Below are positions 9,741 to 20,013 of a stretch of 64,000 bases of DNA, piece after piece. The notes under the pieces were generated by a model. It was not told where the DNA came from. It did not search any database and saw nothing but the letters and a program-made list of their open reading frames with translations. Made by a program: the position numbers and the translations under genes. How positions within the stretch are numbered: position 1 is the stretch's first letter; each line of letters opens with the position of its first letter. Origin of the DNA: an uncultured Thermoleophilia bacterium (GTDB lineage Bacteria; Actinomycetota; Thermoleophilia; UBA2241); contig CAVTKL010000013.1 in assembly GCA_963735345.1 (NCBI GenBank), positions 321,130 through 385,129 on the forward strand, given 5' to 3'.

Positions 9741-12700
9741 TCAGCCGTACGTGACGGTGAAGATGGTGCCCGTCGCGGTCAAACCGATCCCGACTTCCTG
9801 GCCCTCGACGCGCGCCGTCTCGACGTGCTCGCCACAGGCTTCGCCGAACGTCAGTTCGCTGGCGAGAGTCTCGGACTTGATGACGCCTTCGTGGCGATCC
9901 ACCAGGGCTCGCAGCCCGTCGGGCACCGACAGGGTCAGGCTGATCGTGTCCTCGATACGCAGATCGGCGTTCTTGCGCGCGAGCTGAATGGCATGCACGA
10001 ACTCGCGCGCCACGCCCTCCTCGCGCAGCGCCTCGTCGATGACGGTCTTGAGGGCGACCGTGCGTCCTGCCTCGCTTTCGACCTGATAGCCCTCCGGCGA
10101 GCCGGTCGCGATGAGCAGGTCTTCGCCGTCGAGCCTGATCTCGTCACCGCCGATAGCTAGCATCACCACGCCCGAACGCTTGAGTTCGGCGACCAAGGCG
10201 GCGCCATCTGCCTCGCGCAGCGCCGCCTGCAGCGGGCCGAGCTGCTTGCCGAGTCTCGGCCCCAGCACCTTGAGGTTCGGCTTCACCGTGTAGGCGACCA
10301 TCTCGCCCTCGTCGCCGACCACGCGCAGGTCCTTGACGTTGAGCTCGTCGAGGACCACGTCGCGCAACGCCTCGACGGCGCGCCGCTCCGCCTCGGGCAG
10401 CGCCACGACGACTTCGGCCAGCGGCTGGCGCGTCTTGACCGCGGCCGCGTTGCGCGCCGCCCGCCCAAGCTCGACGACACGGCGCGCCACGGCCATGTCG
10501 AAGGACAGGCCGTCGTCGACCGCTCCCTCCGCGACCTCCGGCCAGGCGCAGAGATGCACGCTCTCCGGGGCCGCGGCGTCGACCGAGCGCACCAGGTTCT
10601 GGTACAACTCCTCGGCGATGAACGGGGCGAACGGCGCCATGAGCTTCGCCACCGTCACGAGCGCCTCGTGAAGGGTGTGATAGGCAGCCAGCTTGTCGCT
10701 GTCGCTCTCGCTCTTCCAGAAGCGGCGGCGGCTGCGGCGCACGTACCAGTTGCTGAGGTCGTCGACGAACTGCTGGATGGCGCGGGACGTGCCGGTGACG
10801 TCGTAGTCCTCGAGACCGTCGGTCACGGTCTGCACGAGCCGGTTGAGCTCGCTCGCCACCCAGCGGTCGAGCAGCGGACGGTCGGCGAGCGGAACCGGAT
10901 GGTCCGTGGGGTCGAAGCGGTCGATGTTCGCGTACACCGTGAAGAAGCTGTACGTGTTCCAGAGCGTGAGCAGGAACTTGCGCACCACTTCGTCGACCAT
11001 CTCGGGGCTGAAGCGCCGAGGACTCCAGGGGTTCTGGCCCGCGAAGATGAACCAGCGCAAGGCGTCGGCGCCCTGGTTGTCCAGGATCTCCTCGGGCTGC
11101 ACCACGTTGCCTCTGCTCTTGCTCATCTTCTGGCCCTCAGCGTCGAGGATGTGCCCCAGACACAGCACGCGCTTGTAGGAACTGCGCCCGCTGACGAGCG
11201 TGGCAATGGCCAGCAGGCTGTAGAACCAGCCGCGCGTTTGATCGATGGCCTCGCAGATGAAGTCGGCAGGGAAGCGCTCGGCAAAGACCTCTGCGTTCTC
11301 GAACGGGAAATGCCACTGCGCGTACGCCATGGCTCCGGAGTCGAACCAGGCGTCGATGACCTCGTCGACCCGGCGCATGTCGCCCTGACACCGCGGACAC
11401 ACGAGGAGGACGTCGTCGACGTACGGCCGGTGCAGCTCGAGATCGTCCGGCACCGGCCCCAGCGCCAACTCGCGCAGCTCGGCGACGCTGCCGACGCAGT
11501 GCGTGTGGCCCTCTTCGCAGCGCCAGACGGGCAGCGGCGTACCCCAGTAGCGGTCGCGGCTCAGCGCCCAGTCGACGTTGTTGGCGAGCCACTCGCCAAA
11601 GCGCCCGTGCTTGATGTGGTCCGGGTACCAGGCCACGTCTTCGTTGGCCTGGATGAGCTCGTCCTTCATGGCGGTGGTCTTGATGTACCACGTCGCCTTG
11701 GCGTAGTAGAGCAGCGCCGTGTCGCAGCGCCAGCAGAAGGGATAGCTGTGCTCGTACGGCTCCACGCCGAGCAGCAGGCCGCGGGCCTTGAGCTCGGCGA
11801 TGATGGCCGGATCCGCGTCCTTGACGAAGACGCCGGCCCACGGCGTGACCTCGGCGATGAACCTGCCCTCGAGGTCGACGGCGTTGACGACCGGCAGATC
11901 GTTCTCCAGGCCCACGCGCATGTCGTCCTCGCCGAAGGCGGGAGCCATGTGGACGATGCCGGTGCCGTCGCTGGTCGTGACGTAGTCCGCGCCGACCACG
12001 AAGTGAGCCGGTTTCTCGGGCGTCATGTAGCGGAACGGCGGCTCGTATTCGAGGCCGAGCAGGTCGCGGCCCGAGAGTTCACGCTCGACCACAGCCTCCT
12101 TGCCGAGGACCTTCTCGTACAGGTCGCGGGCCATGATGAAACGCTCGCCGCGACTCGCCGCGACGACGTACGCGACATCGGGGTGCACCACCGCGGCGAC
12201 GTTGCTGATCAGCGTCCAGGGCGTGGTCGTCCAGACCGCCAGGGAGATCGGAGAGCCATCCTTCGCCCCCAAAGCAACGGCCGACTGGGGCGTCAGCGGG
12301 AAACGCACGTAGATCGAATCCTCGGTGACGTCCTTGTAGCCCTGCGCCACCTCGTGGCTGCTGATCGCCGTACCGCAGCGCGGGCAGTAGGGCACGACCT
12401 TGTGCCCCTGATAGAGCAGGTCTTTGTCCCACATCTGACGCAGCAGCCACCAGACCGACTCGATGTACTCGTTGGTGTAGGTGTAGTACGCGTCGCCCAG
12501 ATCGATCCAGAACCCGATGCGTTCGGTGAAGACGTCCCACTCTTCCAGGTAGGCCGTGACGCTCTCGCGGCACAGCCGGTTGAACGCGACGATCCCGTAC
12601 TCCTCGATCTGCTTCTTGCCGTTGATGCCCAGACGACGTTCGACCTCGAGCTCGACCGGGAGCCCGTGCGTGTCCCACCCGGCCTTGCGCGGCACGCGAT

Positions 12701-12962
12701 AGCCGCACATGGTCTTGTAGCGGGGAAAGAGGTCCTTGAAGATGCGCGAGATGACGTGGTGCGTGCCGGGGCGGCCGTTGGCCGTCGGCGGGCCTTCGTA
12801 GAAGACGTAGACCGGGGCGTCCTCGCGACCCTCGAGACTCTTCTCGAAGATGCGTTGCGCCTTCCAGAACGCCAGGATGCGGGCGTCCATCGCCGGGAGA
12901 TCGACGCGCGGCGACACCTCGCTGAACCTCGGGCGATCCTCGCTCACCTGACTCGCTTTCAT
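9741..12962 (-). CDS. ileS: Isoleucine--tRNA ligase (type 2)
   Basis: 1073 aa. HIGH-type motif PPTANGRPGTHH, KMSKS (KMSKSRGN), editing domain and C-terminal extension. Confidence 0.95.
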   Translation of the reverse strand: MKASQVSEDRPRFSEVSPRVDLPAMDARILAFWKAQRIFEKSLEGREDAPVYVFYEGPPTANGRPGTHHVISRIFKDLFPRYKTMCGYRVPRKAGWDTHGLPVELEVERRLGINGKKQIEEYGIVAFNRLCRESVTAYLEEWDVFTERIGFWIDLGDAYYTYTNEYIESVWWLLRQMWDKDLLYQGHKVVPYCPRCGTAISSHEVAQGYKDVTEDSIYVRFPLTPQSAVALGAKDGSPISLAVWTTTPWTLISNVAAVVHPDVAYVVAASRGERFIMARDLYEKVLGKEAVVERELSGRDLLGLEYEPPFRYMTPEKPAHFVVGADYVTTSDGTGIVHMAPAFGEDDMRVGLENDLPVVNAVDLEGRFIAEVTPWAGVFVKDADPAIIAELKARGLLLGVEPYEHSYPFCWRCDTALLYYAKATWYIKTTAMKDELIQANEDVAWYPDHIKHGRFGEWLANNVDWALSRDRYWGTPLPVWRCEEGHTHCVGSVAELRELALGPVPDDLELHRPYVDDVLLVCPRCQGDMRRVDEVIDAWFDSGAMAYAQWHFPFENAEVFAERFPADFICEAIDQTRGWFYSLLAIATLVSGRSSYKRVLCLGHILDAEGQKMSKSRGNVVQPEEILDNQGADALRWFIFAGQNPWSPRRFSPEMVDEVVRKFLLTLWNTYSFFTVYANIDRFDPTDHPVPLADRPLLDRWVASELNRLVQTVTDGLEDYDVTGTSRAIQQFVDDLSNWYVRRSRRRFWKSESDSDKLAAYHTLHEALVTVAKLMAPFAPFIAEELYQNLVRSVDAAAPESVHLCAWPEVAEGAVDDGLSFDMAVARRVVELGRAARNAAAVKTRQPLAEVVVALPEAERRAVEALRDVVLDELNVKDLRVVGDEGEMVAYTVKPNLKVLGPRLGKQLGPLQAALREADGAALVAELKRSGVVMLAIGGDEIRLDGEDLLIATGSPEGYQVESEAGRTVALKTVIDEALREEGVAREFVHAIQLARKNADLRIEDTISLTLSVPDGLRALVDRHEGVIKSETLASELTFGEACGEHVETARVEGQEVGIGLTATGTIFTVTYG

Positions 12963-13017
12963 CGCAGGGGCCGGAAACGTGATTCTACCAGACCGCGCCC
13001 TGCGCTAGACTCACGGG

Positions 13018-13773
13018 ATGGTGCTCCCCGCCTCACCGCAGCCCTCTCCTTCTCGCCGCACCCCGAGCTTCCTCGCGCTGCTCGACTATGACGGCACGAT
13101 CACGACGCGGGAGTGCAACGAGGTCGTCCTGCAGCAGCTCACCGGCGACGCCTGGCGGCCGTTTGAAGATGAGGTGCGCGCCGGCCGTATGAGCCACATC
13201 CAGTGCCTGCGCAGGCAGGTGGCGCTCATCAGGGCGCCGCGCACGGAGTTCCTCGGCGCCCTGGTCGCGGCGGCCGCCCCGACGCCGGGGCTGGCGGCCT
13301 TTCTCGACACGCTGGCGCGACGCGGCGGCCGCGCCGCCGTCGTCAGCGCCGGCTTCCGCGAGGCCATCGAGGCCTTCTGGCGGCGGGAGGCGCTGCCGGC
13401 CATCGCCACGTACGCCGGCGAGCTCGTCCCGACCGGCCCGGACGGCGGGCCGCCGTTCGACCTCGCCTTCAGCGAGGCGTTCGGCGACTGCCCGCGTTGC
13501 GGGCCCGGCGGCTGCAAGGCGGCGGTGGTGCACGCCCTGCGCCGCCCCGGCGACATCGTGCTCGTGTTCGGGGACGGCGCCGGCGACGTCTGCATGGCTC
13601 GCGAGGCTGATCTCACGTTCGCTCGCGGCCATTTGGCCGAGCGCTGCGCGGCCGATGGCCTCGAATGGCGCCCGCTGCACGACTACTCGACGGTCTGGGA
13701 TCAGGTGGACCAGTGGCTCCAGCTGCGCAGGCGCGGCGGCGGCCTCGAGCCCCCACACCGACCGGGTTTCTGA
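13018..13773 (+). CDS. HAD-IB family phosphatase (MtnX / phosphoserine-phosphatase-like)
   Basis: DxDGT motif (LLDYDGTIT) and C-terminal GDGAGD motif. Divergent from ileS across a 55-nt gap. Confidence 0.7.
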   Translation: MVLPASPQPSPSRRTPSFLALLDYDGTITTRECNEVVLQQLTGDAWRPFEDEVRAGRMSHIQCLRRQVALIRAPRTEFLGALVAAAAPTPGLAAFLDTLARRGGRAAVVSAGFREAIEAFWRREALPAIATYAGELVPTGPDGGPPFDLAFSEAFGDCPRCGPGGCKAAVVHALRRPGDIVLVFGDGAGDVCMAREADLTFARGHLAERCAADGLEWRPLHDYSTVWDQVDQWLQLRRRGGGLEPPHRPGF

Positions 13774-13876
13774 GCCGCCGTGCATCGACTATCATGACGG
13801 CGGCCCCGCGGCCCCGCGGCCCAGTATCTAGCCACGTGCACCACGCGGCCGCTCTCTCCCTCCATCTGGGTGGCTC

Positions 13877-14296
13877 TTGCGACGACGGCTGAAGCGCAGC
13901 GGTAAGCAGTTCGTGAAGTTCGCCATCGTGGGCGGGGTCGGCACGGTCGTGAACCTCGTCGTGCTCAAGCTGACCTTGACCATCTGGAGCCAGGTCGGCG
14001 CCGAGCCGTCGCTCGCCGTGGAGATCATGGCCAGCGGTCTCGCCTTTCTCGTCGCCGTAGGCAGCAACTACATGCTCAATCGCTGGTGGACCTTCCGCTC
14101 GACGGGGCCGGTCCACCTCGAGTTCGGCAAGTTCCTCACGGTGAGTCTCGCCGGCCTCTGCCTCAATACGCTCGCCTTCTCCCTCTTCCGCGCCCACCTG
14201 GGCTTCCCGGTGCTCCTCAGTCAGCTCCTGGCCATCGGCTGCGTGCTGCCGTTCAACTTCCTCGTCAACAAGTTCTGGAGCTTCCGGGCCGCCTGA
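13877..14296 (+). CDS. GtrA-family membrane protein (polysaccharide synthesis)
   Basis: KFAIVGGVGTVVNL N-terminal motif and four predicted TM helices. Stop overlaps the downstream start (TGATG). Confidence 0.75.
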   Translation: MRRRLKRSGKQFVKFAIVGGVGTVVNLVVLKLTLTIWSQVGAEPSLAVEIMASGLAFLVAVGSNYMLNRWWTFRSTGPVHLEFGKFLTVSLAGLCLNTLAFSLFRAHLGFPVLLSQLLAIGCVLPFNFLVNKFWSFRAA

Positions 14297-15573
14297 TGGA
14301 TGCCCTCACCGGCGGCGAACGCCATCGCGTGAGCGTCCTGCCGGCGGTACTGCTGAGCACCGGCCTCACGCTTCTCGTGCTCGCGGTGCTGCTCCCCAAC
14401 CTCTGGTACGGGCTGCACGACATCAGCGACATCCCCGTCTACCAGGGCTATGCCGAGAGGATCGCCCTCGGCGAGGCGCCCTTCACCGGCGACTTCCGGA
14501 TCGAGTATCCGCCGCTGGCCGTCCCTCTCTTCCGGCTCCCCGGCCACGTCGGCAGCCTCAGCGCCTACACCACGTGGTTCAGCATCTCGATGGGCGTCCT
14601 CACGGTGCTCACCGCCGCCCTCACGACCCTCGTCGCCTGCCGCCTGTGGCCCCGCGGCGGTCGCGCCTACACGGCGGCGGTGCTCTTCCCCGTCGGCGTG
14701 GCCCTCACGGGGGCGATCATCGTGAACCGCTATGACGTCGCGGTCGCGCTGGTCGTCGCGGCGCTGCTCGCCTGCCTCGTCCAGCGCTGGTACGTCTTCG
14801 CAGCTCTCGTCCTCGGCGTGGGCTTCGCGCTCAAGATCACGCCGGCCGCGATCCTGCCCCTCGTGCTGATCCTCGCCGGCCCCCCGAGACGCTGGCTGTG
14901 GCCGATCGTCGCGTTCTCGCTCGCCGCGCTGGCGCCCTTCGTCCAATACCTCGTCGCGGCGCCGGGGGGTATCTGGTACGTGTTCCACTACCACATGGCA
15001 CGACCGCTGCAGATCGAGAGCGTCCTTGGCACGCCGATGCTTCTGGGTCAGCTACTTGGCGCGAACTGGGCCAGATACGGATCCAGCTACGGATCGCACA
15101 GTCTCGTGGCTCCAGGCGCGCACCTCGCCGCCACGGCCTCCGGCGGACTCACCCTGCTGGCCGTGGTGGGTGTGTACCTGCTGGTATGGCGACGCCGCGC
15201 ACGACTCCTCCAGGTCCCTCAGGAGCAGATCCTGGCCGTACTCGCGCTGATCCTCGCGCTGATGACCTTCAGCAAGGTCCTCTCGCCGCAGTACATGATC
15301 TGGCTGCTGCCGGTCTGGGCGCTGGTGGGCGCCGGCGACCGTGTCCTCGGCGTCCTGGGGGGCCTCGTGATCCTGCTCACCCAGGTCGAGTTCCCCGTGC
15401 TGTACTGGCGCCTGCTCAGCATGGATCCCGCGACGCTGGCCATCGTCATCACGCGCAATTCCCTGCTCGTAGCCTTCTTCGCCGTCGTAGTGTGGCGACT
15501 GTGGCGGTTGCCGGGGGACGAAGCGCCTCGCGCAATCGTCCACACGTCACAGGCCGTTCAACCGCCCGGCTGA
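14296..15573 (+). CDS. Polytopic membrane glycosyltransferase, GT87/DUF2029-like (GT-C fold)
   Basis: About 12 hydrophobic helices with Arg/Trp-rich loops. Translationally coupled to gtrA via ATGA. Confidence 0.6.
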   Translation: MDALTGGERHRVSVLPAVLLSTGLTLLVLAVLLPNLWYGLHDISDIPVYQGYAERIALGEAPFTGDFRIEYPPLAVPLFRLPGHVGSLSAYTTWFSISMGVLTVLTAALTTLVACRLWPRGGRAYTAAVLFPVGVALTGAIIVNRYDVAVALVVAALLACLVQRWYVFAALVLGVGFALKITPAAILPLVLILAGPPRRWLWPIVAFSLAALAPFVQYLVAAPGGIWYVFHYHMARPLQIESVLGTPMLLGQLLGANWARYGSSYGSHSLVAPGAHLAATASGGLTLLAVVGVYLLVWRRRARLLQVPQEQILAVLALILALMTFSKVLSPQYMIWLLPVWALVGAGDRVLGVLGGLVILLTQVEFPVLYWRLLSMDPATLAIVITRNSLLVAFFAVVVWRLWRLPGDEAPRAIVHTSQAVQPPG

Positions 15574-15641
15574 CCGCTTTCGGCGCGGCATCTGCTGCCC
15601 GGAGCCTCCCCAGTCCGGCCTTGCAGTGTCGACGCCGGCCC

Positions 15642-17363
15642 TCAGGAATCGCGGCGGCTGACGGAGCTCAACGGCTTCGGCGCCTGCGCCACTGGAGCAT
15701 CCCTGCCTGCGGAATAGTAGCCATAGTACCCGCCGACCGGAGCCTCTCCGATCACGATGAAACCAAGCTTCCGGCAAGGCAGCTTGGCGAACTGCTCGTG
15801 AGCTCGCTGCAGCATCGGGCGCCGTACCTGTTCGGGGTTGACGACGAATGCGAGCGCTTCGACCTTCGGGGCCAAAGCAGCCGTGTCACCCACCGCCAGC
15901 ATGGCCGGAGCATCGATCAGCACCAGATCAGCCGATGCGGAGAGCTCGTTGATGATCTCGCCGAACCGGCGCGACGCCACGATCTCGCCCGGATTGGGCG
16001 GGACCAGGCCACTGGTCAGCAGCCGCAAGATGGGCGCTTCCCCGGTCTCATCGGGCCAGACCCACTCGTCAAGACCTGGGGCCGCTGCTGGCTGCCCAGT
16101 GACCGTGTGCAACTGCTTGGCGTTCTTGCCGTTTGATCCGCTCGCCCTCACCGACGCGCCCATGAGAACGCTGCCGCCTCGCGTACGGCTCGGATCCAGC
16201 ACGACCGGTATGACCGCCTTGCTCAGGTCGACGCGGCGCGCGACGACCTGAGAGACCCCGAGGACGTTAGGGGTGCCGAAATAGGCATGCACTCGAGGGC
16301 TGCGCAGGTCCGCGTCGACGAGGACGACGCGCTTGCCCGCCAATGCCATCGAGACGGCGAGGTTACAGATCGTGACGCTCTTGCCCTCCCCCTGGATCGA
16401 ACTGGTGATCATGAGACTACTGATATCGCCATCGATCCCCATGAAGTCCAGGTTGCTGCGCAAGAGCCGAAACGCCTCTGCGTTGACGCCCGATGAGTCG
16501 GTCAGCGTCGGCAGCACATCGACCCGCTTGCCCTTGCGCGGCAGAAGCGGGACATGCCCCAGGATCGGGAGACCGAGCATCTGAGCGATCTGCTCGTCCC
16601 CGTGCACTCGCGTATCGAACTGCTCGAGCAGGAAGGCGAGCCCGACACCCAGCACCGCGCCGACTACGAGCGCGATGAGAAGGCTGCGAAACTTGTCTGG
16701 CGAGAACGGCTCGGACGGCACCCCTGCAGTCGCGATGACCTCGAAGCCGCCGTTGATGCTCGCCTCGAGCAGTTCGAGGTCCTGGAGTCGTTGAGCCAGC
16801 GCTCGATAATCGGAGCTGTCCTGCGCCTCAGCGCTCGTGAACGTCTCCATCCTGCTCTTGACCACCTCGATGGCGTCGGCGACCTGCGACTTGGCGCTCT
16901 CGCGGCGCCATTCCATGAACGACTGAGCGTAGGCATTGGCAGCGGCGGCGGCCGTCTCCGGATCAGCCGAGACCCCTTCGATGCCCACCACGCTCGAGTA
17001 GTAGTTGTTGGCTCCGGCCGTCAGCGAGGCGCTCACGCTGTACCCAGCAGCGAGCTCTTCCTCGCTCATCAGCTTCTCGGCATTCTGCCGGACTCTGGCG
17101 CCCGCGATGATCGTCGGGACGCTCTCGAGGACTGCCTGCTGGGAGCTCGCATCGATGTACGACTGCCCGAGGGGATTCTGGAAGTCGACCTGCTTGACGT
17201 AGAGCAGTTTGGCCGAAGACGAGTACATCGGCGTCCGCGTCCAGGTGTAGGCGGCCCCGATCAAGGTCACGAGCAGCGTGACGACCAGGATCAGCCATTT
17301 CCAGCGGGCCATGACCTCGACGTAGCCGCGCAGCGAGAGTCCGTCAGTGTGCTGTGTCGTCAT
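15642..17363 (-). CDS. wzc: Polysaccharide co-polymerase / BY-kinase (Wzc/CapAB-like tyrosine autokinase)
   Basis: N-terminal TM and Wzz-like periplasmic domain. Walker A SSIQGEGKS, second TM, C-terminal tyrosine cluster GGYYGYYSAG. Confidence 0.88.
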   Translation of the reverse strand: MTTQHTDGLSLRGYVEVMARWKWLILVVTLLVTLIGAAYTWTRTPMYSSSAKLLYVKQVDFQNPLGQSYIDASSQQAVLESVPTIIAGARVRQNAEKLMSEEELAAGYSVSASLTAGANNYYSSVVGIEGVSADPETAAAAANAYAQSFMEWRRESAKSQVADAIEVVKSRMETFTSAEAQDSSDYRALAQRLQDLELLEASINGGFEVIATAGVPSEPFSPDKFRSLLIALVVGAVLGVGLAFLLEQFDTRVHGDEQIAQMLGLPILGHVPLLPRKGKRVDVLPTLTDSSGVNAEAFRLLRSNLDFMGIDGDISSLMITSSIQGEGKSVTICNLAVSMALAGKRVVLVDADLRSPRVHAYFGTPNVLGVSQVVARRVDLSKAVIPVVLDPSRTRGGSVLMGASVRASGSNGKNAKQLHTVTGQPAAAPGLDEWVWPDETGEAPILRLLTSGLVPPNPGEIVASRRFGEIINELSASADLVLIDAPAMLAVGDTAALAPKVEALAFVVNPEQVRRPMLQRAHEQFAKLPCRKLGFIVIGEAPVGGYYGYYSAGRDAPVAQAPKPLSSVSRRDS

Positions 17364-17560
17364 CTCATCCAGTCCGGTAGCCAGTTACGGGGCACCTCAT
17401 GCGACGAAGCAGTGAGGGCGGCCGTCGAGCGTCGTCCACCCTCACTTGCGCTCCACATGATCGTCGCGCCATCCTGTTCGTGTATCGGCAGTCTCGCGGA
17501 GCACATGAAGCGGAGACGAGGCCGCGGGATCGTTTGGTTCGACTCGCGATTCGGCAAGCA

Positions 17561-18916
17561 TCAGGAGACTCCTCCACTCGACACGTCCTCATGGTGCGAT
17601 TCGCCGTCGCGCGTGCGGGTCGCGAGCAGGTCGCGATGGGGTTCCCCGGGTCTCGACCGTGCGACGATCTCCTCATAGATGGCGATCGTGCGCGCAGCGA
17701 TCTGGTCCGGGTCGTTGCGCGCCTGTGCGCTGCGGCGAGCGGCCGCGCCCAGCGCCGCAGCCTCCATCCGGTTCTCGAGCAGGCGCTGGACCGCCGCCGC
17801 CAGCGCATGCGGATCACCGCGCGACACCAGAAGCCCCTCGACGCCGTGCTTCAGCAACGTCGGGGTGCCACCCACATGGGTGGCCACAATGGGCGCGCCA
17901 CAGAGCATGGCCTCCACGAGGGCGTTCGGACTGTTGTCCACGTGCGATGGATAGACGAAGACATCGGCGGTCTCCAGTTCGGTCACGATCTCTTCAGCCC
18001 CAAGGCGCCCCAGCCACTCGATGTGGCCGTCGACCCCGAGGCGCCGCGCGCTTCTGCGGTAGAGCTTGTCGAGCTCAGAGTCCTCTTGGACACCGGCCAC
18101 GCGTACCCGGAGACCGGCAAGACCTCGACGCTGGAGGATCGCTGCGGCCTGGATGAGGCACTCGGTGCCCTTTCCCATGAGTGCGCTCGAGGTGCTGTAG
18201 AGCCGTAGGCCCCCGTGACTCCGAAGTGACCAGTCTCCGCCGTAGAACGGAGACCGCATGATCTCGTCGCAGTGACGGTACTCGGCGAGCGGATTGCACG
18301 CCTCCAGCATGGCGCGATCCCAATCCGTGCGCCCCATGAACCATCGCGCCCCCCGCATGATCTCCTCTTCACGCACCGCCTGCCGACGCAGCAAGAGGTA
18401 CCGGTGCACGACACCGCGTCCCTTGAGGAACTCCTTGCTCAACACCAGGTCGGCAACATCGCGCGGTGTACGCCCCGCGAAGTAGAGACGCTCGTACGCG
18501 TGCAGGATCCCCTGCAATGAGATGACGCACGGGACCTGCGGGACAGCACCCGCGAGCAGGCCGAATCCTCCCTCGGTGCCGTGCACATGGACGATATCGG
18601 GGCGCATCTCCATCACCAGGGCGCGCGCGGAGGCGAGCACCGCCGTAGGCGTCAACTGATGCCGCCACGCCCGCGCGATTCGACGAAGTCGCGACGTGGT
18701 CATCTCCAGCGGGACATTGACGTAGTGAATGCGCTCCCGTGAGAACGAGGCGTACGGCTCGACGCCGGGAGACGCGATGGCCAGATCCAGCTCCGTCCGG
18801 TCCCTCAGGGCGCCGGCGAGACCATCTACCCAAGCCTGCGGTCCAGGCCGGCGAGGCAGGCCGAGATGCTCTCGCACAGCCGACGGCTGGACCTCCGTGA
18901 ACCAGAGCACCCGCAT
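17561..18916 (-). CDS. Glycosyltransferase family 4 (GT-B)
   Basis: C-terminal GT4 core (EGLPNALVEAMLCGAPIV-like: PSHVDNSPNALVEAMLCGAPIVATHVGG). ATG at 18916 overlaps the upstream deacetylase stop. Confidence 0.8.
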   Translation of the reverse strand: MRVLWFTEVQPSAVREHLGLPRRPGPQAWVDGLAGALRDRTELDLAIASPGVEPYASFSRERIHYVNVPLEMTTSRLRRIARAWRHQLTPTAVLASARALVMEMRPDIVHVHGTEGGFGLLAGAVPQVPCVISLQGILHAYERLYFAGRTPRDVADLVLSKEFLKGRGVVHRYLLLRRQAVREEEIMRGARWFMGRTDWDRAMLEACNPLAEYRHCDEIMRSPFYGGDWSLRSHGGLRLYSTSSALMGKGTECLIQAAAILQRRGLAGLRVRVAGVQEDSELDKLYRRSARRLGVDGHIEWLGRLGAEEIVTELETADVFVYPSHVDNSPNALVEAMLCGAPIVATHVGGTPTLLKHGVEGLLVSRGDPHALAAAVQRLLENRMEAAALGAAARRSAQARNDPDQIAARTIAIYEEIVARSRPGEPHRDLLATRTRDGESHHEDVSSGGVS

Positions 18917-18917
18917 G

Positions 18918-20009
18918 TCAGATGCCGGCCCGTCTAGTCCCGGGACCTTGTCGCCGCGCGTCACCTGGTCGTCCGCTGAGCCAACTCCCCAAGCTTTGAG
19001 CGAATCGCTCCGCTCCCCAGTCGCGGACAAGGAATCGCGGCAAGCGGTAGGGGTCGGTCAACGACGATACCCTGTCCGGCCAGTTGGCGCAGGCGGCCAT
19101 GAACCCACAGTCGTGAGCCAAGGCGACACTGCTCTGCGTCAGATCCCCAGCGGCGCCGAAGGGATACGACAGCAGATCCACAGGGGCCCCGCTGAACTGC
19201 GCCAGCGACTCCTTCCCCCGCCACAGTTCGTTCCGCTGGTCCTCCGGCGTCAGCACGGAGAGCGGGGCATGCCATACGCCGTGGGCTCCGACCTCAATCA
19301 CGTCGCTGTCGGCCAACCGCCCGATCTCGTCCGGGCGAAGCCGCCGGCAGTCCTCCAGAGTATCCGGCGGCGCGCATTGCCTGGCGACTTGGCCGATGAC
19401 CCGGTCGCGCTCCATGGGGGGAGGGAGCGACACAGCCGTGCCAGCGTCCGGTAGGCGGCATGGCGCGGCGTAGGATCGTGCGCCTGCGTGACGTCCCACG
19501 AGGGCGTGGCCTCGGGCATCTGACGAACCATCGTCTCCCAGATCCCATGCGAACTCCCGCCGCCCTGTTGTCACCACCAGGCGCCTCGGCGCCGGCGAAG
19601 ACCGCAGCAGCAACGCCTCAAGATGGTCCCACCAGAATGGCTGTCCCGTCTCCAGCCCACCCGTCGTCACAAAGACGGTTGCCGGGACCCCCGCGTTGCG
19701 CAGGAGCGGCTCAGCCGCGTGCAAGTTGTCCGCATAACCATCGTCGAACGTGACGACCACCGCCCGATCAGGCAGACGGCCTACTGCGGCGCGACGCACG
19801 AGTTCGCGTAACGAGAGAGGGACGCCCAGATCCGCTATCACCTTGAGTTGCGCGTCGAATCGTTCGGGCGCGACACACAGGAGTTGAGGATCGATGGCGG
19901 GCTCGGCGACCCGATGGTAGGCGAGGATCACCGCCGACGGCCCGAGGCTCATGCCGGCAGCCCGGGCTCGCCTGACGATCGCTCTCGCCGCACTCTTCGG
20001 ACGCATCAC
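18918..20009 (-). CDS. Polysaccharide deacetylase (CE4/NodB)
   Basis: VVTFDDGYADN motif and VGAHGVWH His motif. Confidence 0.8.
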   Translation of the reverse strand: MMRPKSAARAIVRRARAAGMSLGPSAVILAYHRVAEPAIDPQLLCVAPERFDAQLKVIADLGVPLSLRELVRRAAVGRLPDRAVVVTFDDGYADNLHAAEPLLRNAGVPATVFVTTGGLETGQPFWWDHLEALLLRSSPAPRRLVVTTGRREFAWDLGDDGSSDARGHALVGRHAGARSYAAPCRLPDAGTAVSLPPPMERDRVIGQVARQCAPPDTLEDCRRLRPDEIGRLADSDVIEVGAHGVWHAPLSVLTPEDQRNELWRGKESLAQFSGAPVDLLSYPFGAAGDLTQSSVALAHDCGFMAACANWPDRVSSLTDPYRLPRFLVRDWGAERFAQSLGSWLSGRPGDARRQGPGTRRAGI

Positions 20010-20013
20010 GGTC

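Noticed and set aside
12963-13017. T-box leader expected upstream of ileS
   Set aside because: The divergent intergenic region is only 55 nt, too short for a T-box riboswitch, and no specifier/T-box sequence is present.
10554-13091. 845-aa + strand ORF antisense to ileS
   Set aside because: Antisense of a highly conserved gene, with low-complexity composition and no motifs.
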